Translations under genes and position numbers: made by a program
Notes under the pieces: generated by a model
The model's input: only the letters and a program-made list of their open reading frames with translations
Databases searched by the model: none
What the model was told of the DNA's origin: nothing
Part shown: positions 60,095-64,000 of the stretch, one piece after another
Position numbering within the stretch: the first letter of the stretch is position 1
Layout of the letters: each line of letters starts with the position of its first letter
From: Paraspadella gotoi
Lineage: Eukaryota > Animalia > Chaetognatha
NCBI GenBank assembly: GCA_051294375.1
Contig: CM119271.1
Coordinates: 8,423,788 to 8,487,787 of the forward strand
DNA length: 64,000 nt
Direction: 5' to 3'

Positions 60095-61078
60095 TTATGT
60101 AGGAGTCCAAACATAAGAATTTATTTCCCCAACCTTTCAAGACATTTTTATCTACGCATTTACCGCACTATAAGAACTTAGTAGGGTGGATGACGGAAAA
60201 TATCACAGGGCCTCGCTACCAAACCAGAACAACTATACCCTAGCCTTGGGTAAAAATTTAAAGACGACGAAGATTCCTTACCATTAACATTATTGCTCTT
60301 AAGAATTTAAGTATTATTCGTACTTTCTCAGAAAATTGTTTTCATTTTTTTTCGTAAAATATTAGCGGACATGTAAAATATATCCGTGATGCAAAACGCC
60401 AGGGCACAAAGAATAGCTGCAGTGATGAGATGAACAATTGGGGTAAAACGTCAAATAACCTAGTTTACGACAGTCGGGTTTCTTTTTTGTCTCGTTTGGC
60501 TGAGCAGGAAGCGCGCCATTAGCCGCCAATACTTATACCCTATTCCTATGGGCCTATGAAAATCAAAATAGAACGAGCAATGGGAGTGAAAGATTTATTA
60601 ATAAAAATATCACGACCATGAGCTCCAAAAAATCAAAATGACATTCAAGATGTCAAAAATAAATCATAATAACTGAAAGATCTTTGAGTCTAGAGAATAC
60701 GTTATAACTATTATTCTGAGAGAAAATAGTATTCAACAAATTAATAGGAAACAATACACTTAAATTTTGTAACGGTCAAATCATTACAGCGGCATTTCAG
60801 ACCGGAAGCTACGCCATTTTTGTAGAGGGCAGTGAAATCTTGAAAAAATTCTAATCTGTAACAGCACCCATCGTGATGCTAAGCTTAAAAGTCATATATT
60901 GGTTATACCAATTTCATAGATATAAATATGCAGATTTACAGTTAAGAACACTTTTAAACTTTATACGTATTGTACTAACACATCTTAAAAACTAGAAAAT
61001 ATTTAAATGGCCACAATATGTAATCCTTTATAAATGGATTAGAAAGCATTTAGAATATAATTCCTCTCCAAAACAAAT

Positions 61079-62576
61079 TTATTTCATAGGGCTAAATGAT
61101 GTCGGAACCATGAGCTTGGATTCCATGTGGCGAATGAGAGGAACCGTATTGCTTACGGTATCGTTCCATCCTGGCCGCTGCCATGCGGATTCTCGCATCT
61201 CGCGACGAGTCTGAGCAAAAAATAGATGAATAACTGTATAGGAGAGACTAAATGATGCATATTATAATATAAATATTATATTATATTATTATATAAAATA
61301 TTATTCATTGAATAAACAATAACGTCCACTCGCCTTCATGTCCTTGTAGGACCAGAGATGGTTGACGTGGTACTGCGGTCCGACTTGAGAGAAGAATCCG
61401 GCGACGGCGCAGTTTTCCTGGTTCCTATAGTGTATGCCACGCGCCCAGTGGTTGCCCCATTCCAAAATCGTACCTGAGAAGGATGGGTCAAAGGAACATT
61501 TTAGTGGTCCGACTTTTTACCTAAGAATAGATGAGCCATTTATCCCGACCCTACACTATCTACCCGGTTTCAGAGTATAACTCCTCAACTCGTAAATGTG
61601 ACTGGGTTCCCGAGGCGTTAAAGGCGGCCAGTATGAAAATTTGAGGCAAAGCTGCGACTGACGAGAACGAAGAAGCTGACTCCGCTGTTTCCTCAGCTCC
61701 TGTTCGGGACAGTAAACGGGAGAATAATCCAAATCTGTCTTCAAGACTCTCCGGAGTTTCGGGTTGGCCGCTACGTCACCTTCAGGCCCTCATCCTTTCG
61801 GTAGAGCTCATACTTCTGTTGGACGCTGTCCCATCCGTCGGGAAATTCCCAGATGTGAATCACTTGATCCTGCAAAAGAAATTAGAGGCTAATACAGTTA
61901 GGTGTGAACGAGTTGTGTCATATACAGTATGTATAAGATCATTACACAGTACACACCTGATCGCCGACTTCCACCAAGAAACTTCCGACCAAATGCATTC
62001 CGATGTGACGTTGATTCATCAACGTGGAGAATTCCCCGTACAGATCCAAGTAGGTCAACAGATGCTCCGGTTTTACGTTATGGGTCTAGGGTGTGGACCA
62101 AGTTGGAAACGTTCGTAATATGGGTTATATTCTTCTTTCTCTGGGGCGGAAAAACCTGGATCTCGTAGACGGTCTTTGGTTCTGCGAGCAGCGTGGAGTG
62201 CGATGCCCGAGAGCTCTCCAATCCACCAACGAGCCGATTGTACCATTTGTGGCCCCCGTCGGGGACAGGTTCCGGATTTTGTTCATTCTTTATCACAAAA
62301 GTAAAATAATATCAGTTAGAATGCCTAAATTGACAGTTAATGGATTTCCGCATTTACGTACACTTGACGTCGTAAAGACGGTTCTTGCAGGAGTAGGCTT
62401 GACTAGATTGCTAGGCGGGAAAGCCTGTACCAGGAAAAGTAATATTTTAAATTATGAACGACAGTCTAAATCCGATGAAAAGAATTTTTGATAATTCTTA
62501 CTGTTCGCGATGCGACGAGGGGCGAGAGTCTTTGGCAATTGTAAGCAATGCAGCGGGATAACATTAAATTAGCCAT
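61079..62576 (-). CDS. NIPSNAP: NipSnap homolog (mitochondrial)
   Basis: HSTLLAEPKTVYEIQ|THNVKPE, DQVIHIW, IYELRSYTLKPG|TILEWGNHWAR, GFFSQVG, YVNHLWSYKD and PGWNDTV. The N-terminus resembles a mitochondrial presequence. Confidence 0.92.
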
Positions 62577-63773
62577 AATTATAACGTGAGAGTTCTACAA
62601 TTGAGAACTGCGTCACCAATAAAAGCGTTAGCATTCCTTCGAGGCGAGCCAATCAAAGTTTTTATATGATATGCAATAATAGCAAGCCCTTTATTTAAAA
62701 TGTAAACTGATTAAAATCAGCTGATTACCAGAAATTAACATTTCTTAGTAGGTAAAATCGCTATAAAGATTTTTGTGCCGCTTAACGTACGTAAAGTCAA
62801 AGTAAAAGGGGCTATATGCGCAATTTATTATTCTATAAGTTTATTATGAAATAATGTATATTGTATATAATAAAAGTACGGGACTAATTAAGAAAATTGA
62901 TAAAAAAAAACTTTAAAATATCTTGCATTTTAGGAATACAGTTGTTTACGATGCGATACTCATCAAAATAGTTGATAATTTAAGAATTTTTTTTCTGTTG
63001 GGATGAAATAAGCATTTATTGGTTATAAAAACAAATAAACAAAATAAAACAAATAGAAAAACAAACTAAAAAATTAACATTCCAATAAATAAGATATGAA
63101 TGTCGACAGAAGGTTCCTCACTAAACCGGATTCAAGAAATCGGTGTCGAACAAAAGAGCACCGACATACTCGTTCATTTAAGAATTAATTAAAAATTTAA
63201 ACAATGTATGTTAAAAATTATTCTTGTTGTCATTCCAGCTAACGATCGGGACAAACATGGATGTGCCCCAACGCCCCAATGTCCGTAACTAACCAGATTG
63301 ATCTAGCAAACATCAAAAATTCAGACCGAAACATGGAATATCTCCCGGCAACGACAGAGAGCAGCAGCTTGTCGAGATGTTGGCCTTACCCAAACGCCGC
63401 TGCCCGGATGTTGCGGAGTTGGCAGCTTGTTGGCACAAATGGGAAAGTGAAAAAAATGGGAAGGATTAAAAAAAAAAAAAAAATCTGGTTAAACGAGAGG
63501 CGTGTCTCTGAGAGATGGAGATAACTGGATTTAAATCGCCGTTGCCTGTTGCCTGAAAGTGAAACGACGCTCTCATTTTTCATTTTTGATCGAGTATTGA
63601 TTTGAGTATTGTATATGAGTAAAAATTGGACTCTGAACGCGATATATATTACGCCGTTTCAATCACGTTTATGACAAGAACTTGGATCGGAAAAAACTAA
63701 TTTAACCTATCTTTTTTATATCCTTCAGATTAACCACGAAAGTATTCGTTTCGGGTTAAATACTCACGCATAA

Positions 63774-64000
<227 letters not shown>

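Overview
Compact, intron-rich eukaryotic DNA, most likely an invertebrate animal: short AT-rich GT-AG introns, GC-rich exons and long (CT)n/(GA)n tracts. I reconstructed about 14 protein genes by hand. On the + strand: an SLC22A18-like MFS transporter (3' end) with a decayed tandem copy, a C2H2 zinc-finger gene, a RhoU/V-like GTPase, LPCAT3, NIP7, UBR3 and SERP1. On the - strand: a cyclin T-like gene nested in a UBR3 intron, a Musashi-like RRM gene, a very divergent SID-1/SIDT-family gene that the ORF track does not reveal, a KIF14-like kinesin, a second zinc-finger gene, a DNAJB12/14-like gene and NipSnap. Non-coding content includes an intron-containing elongator tRNA-Met with decayed copies, a 5'-truncated CRE-type LINE, several short TG..CA/TA elements with 4-bp target duplications (two carry an internal tRNA-like cassette), a palindromic LTR/MITE next to a tRNA-Gly-CCA primer-binding-site-like sequence, and Helentron/HINE-like ends. 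The most notable observations are the SID-1-like protein with a predicted C-terminal CaaX motif, the tRNA-carrying solo-LTR-like family, the palindromic LTR with its PBS, the intron-bearing tRNA-Met, and the tight NIP7-UBR3 coupling. All family assignments come from motif recognition; no database search was run and exon boundaries are manual predictions.
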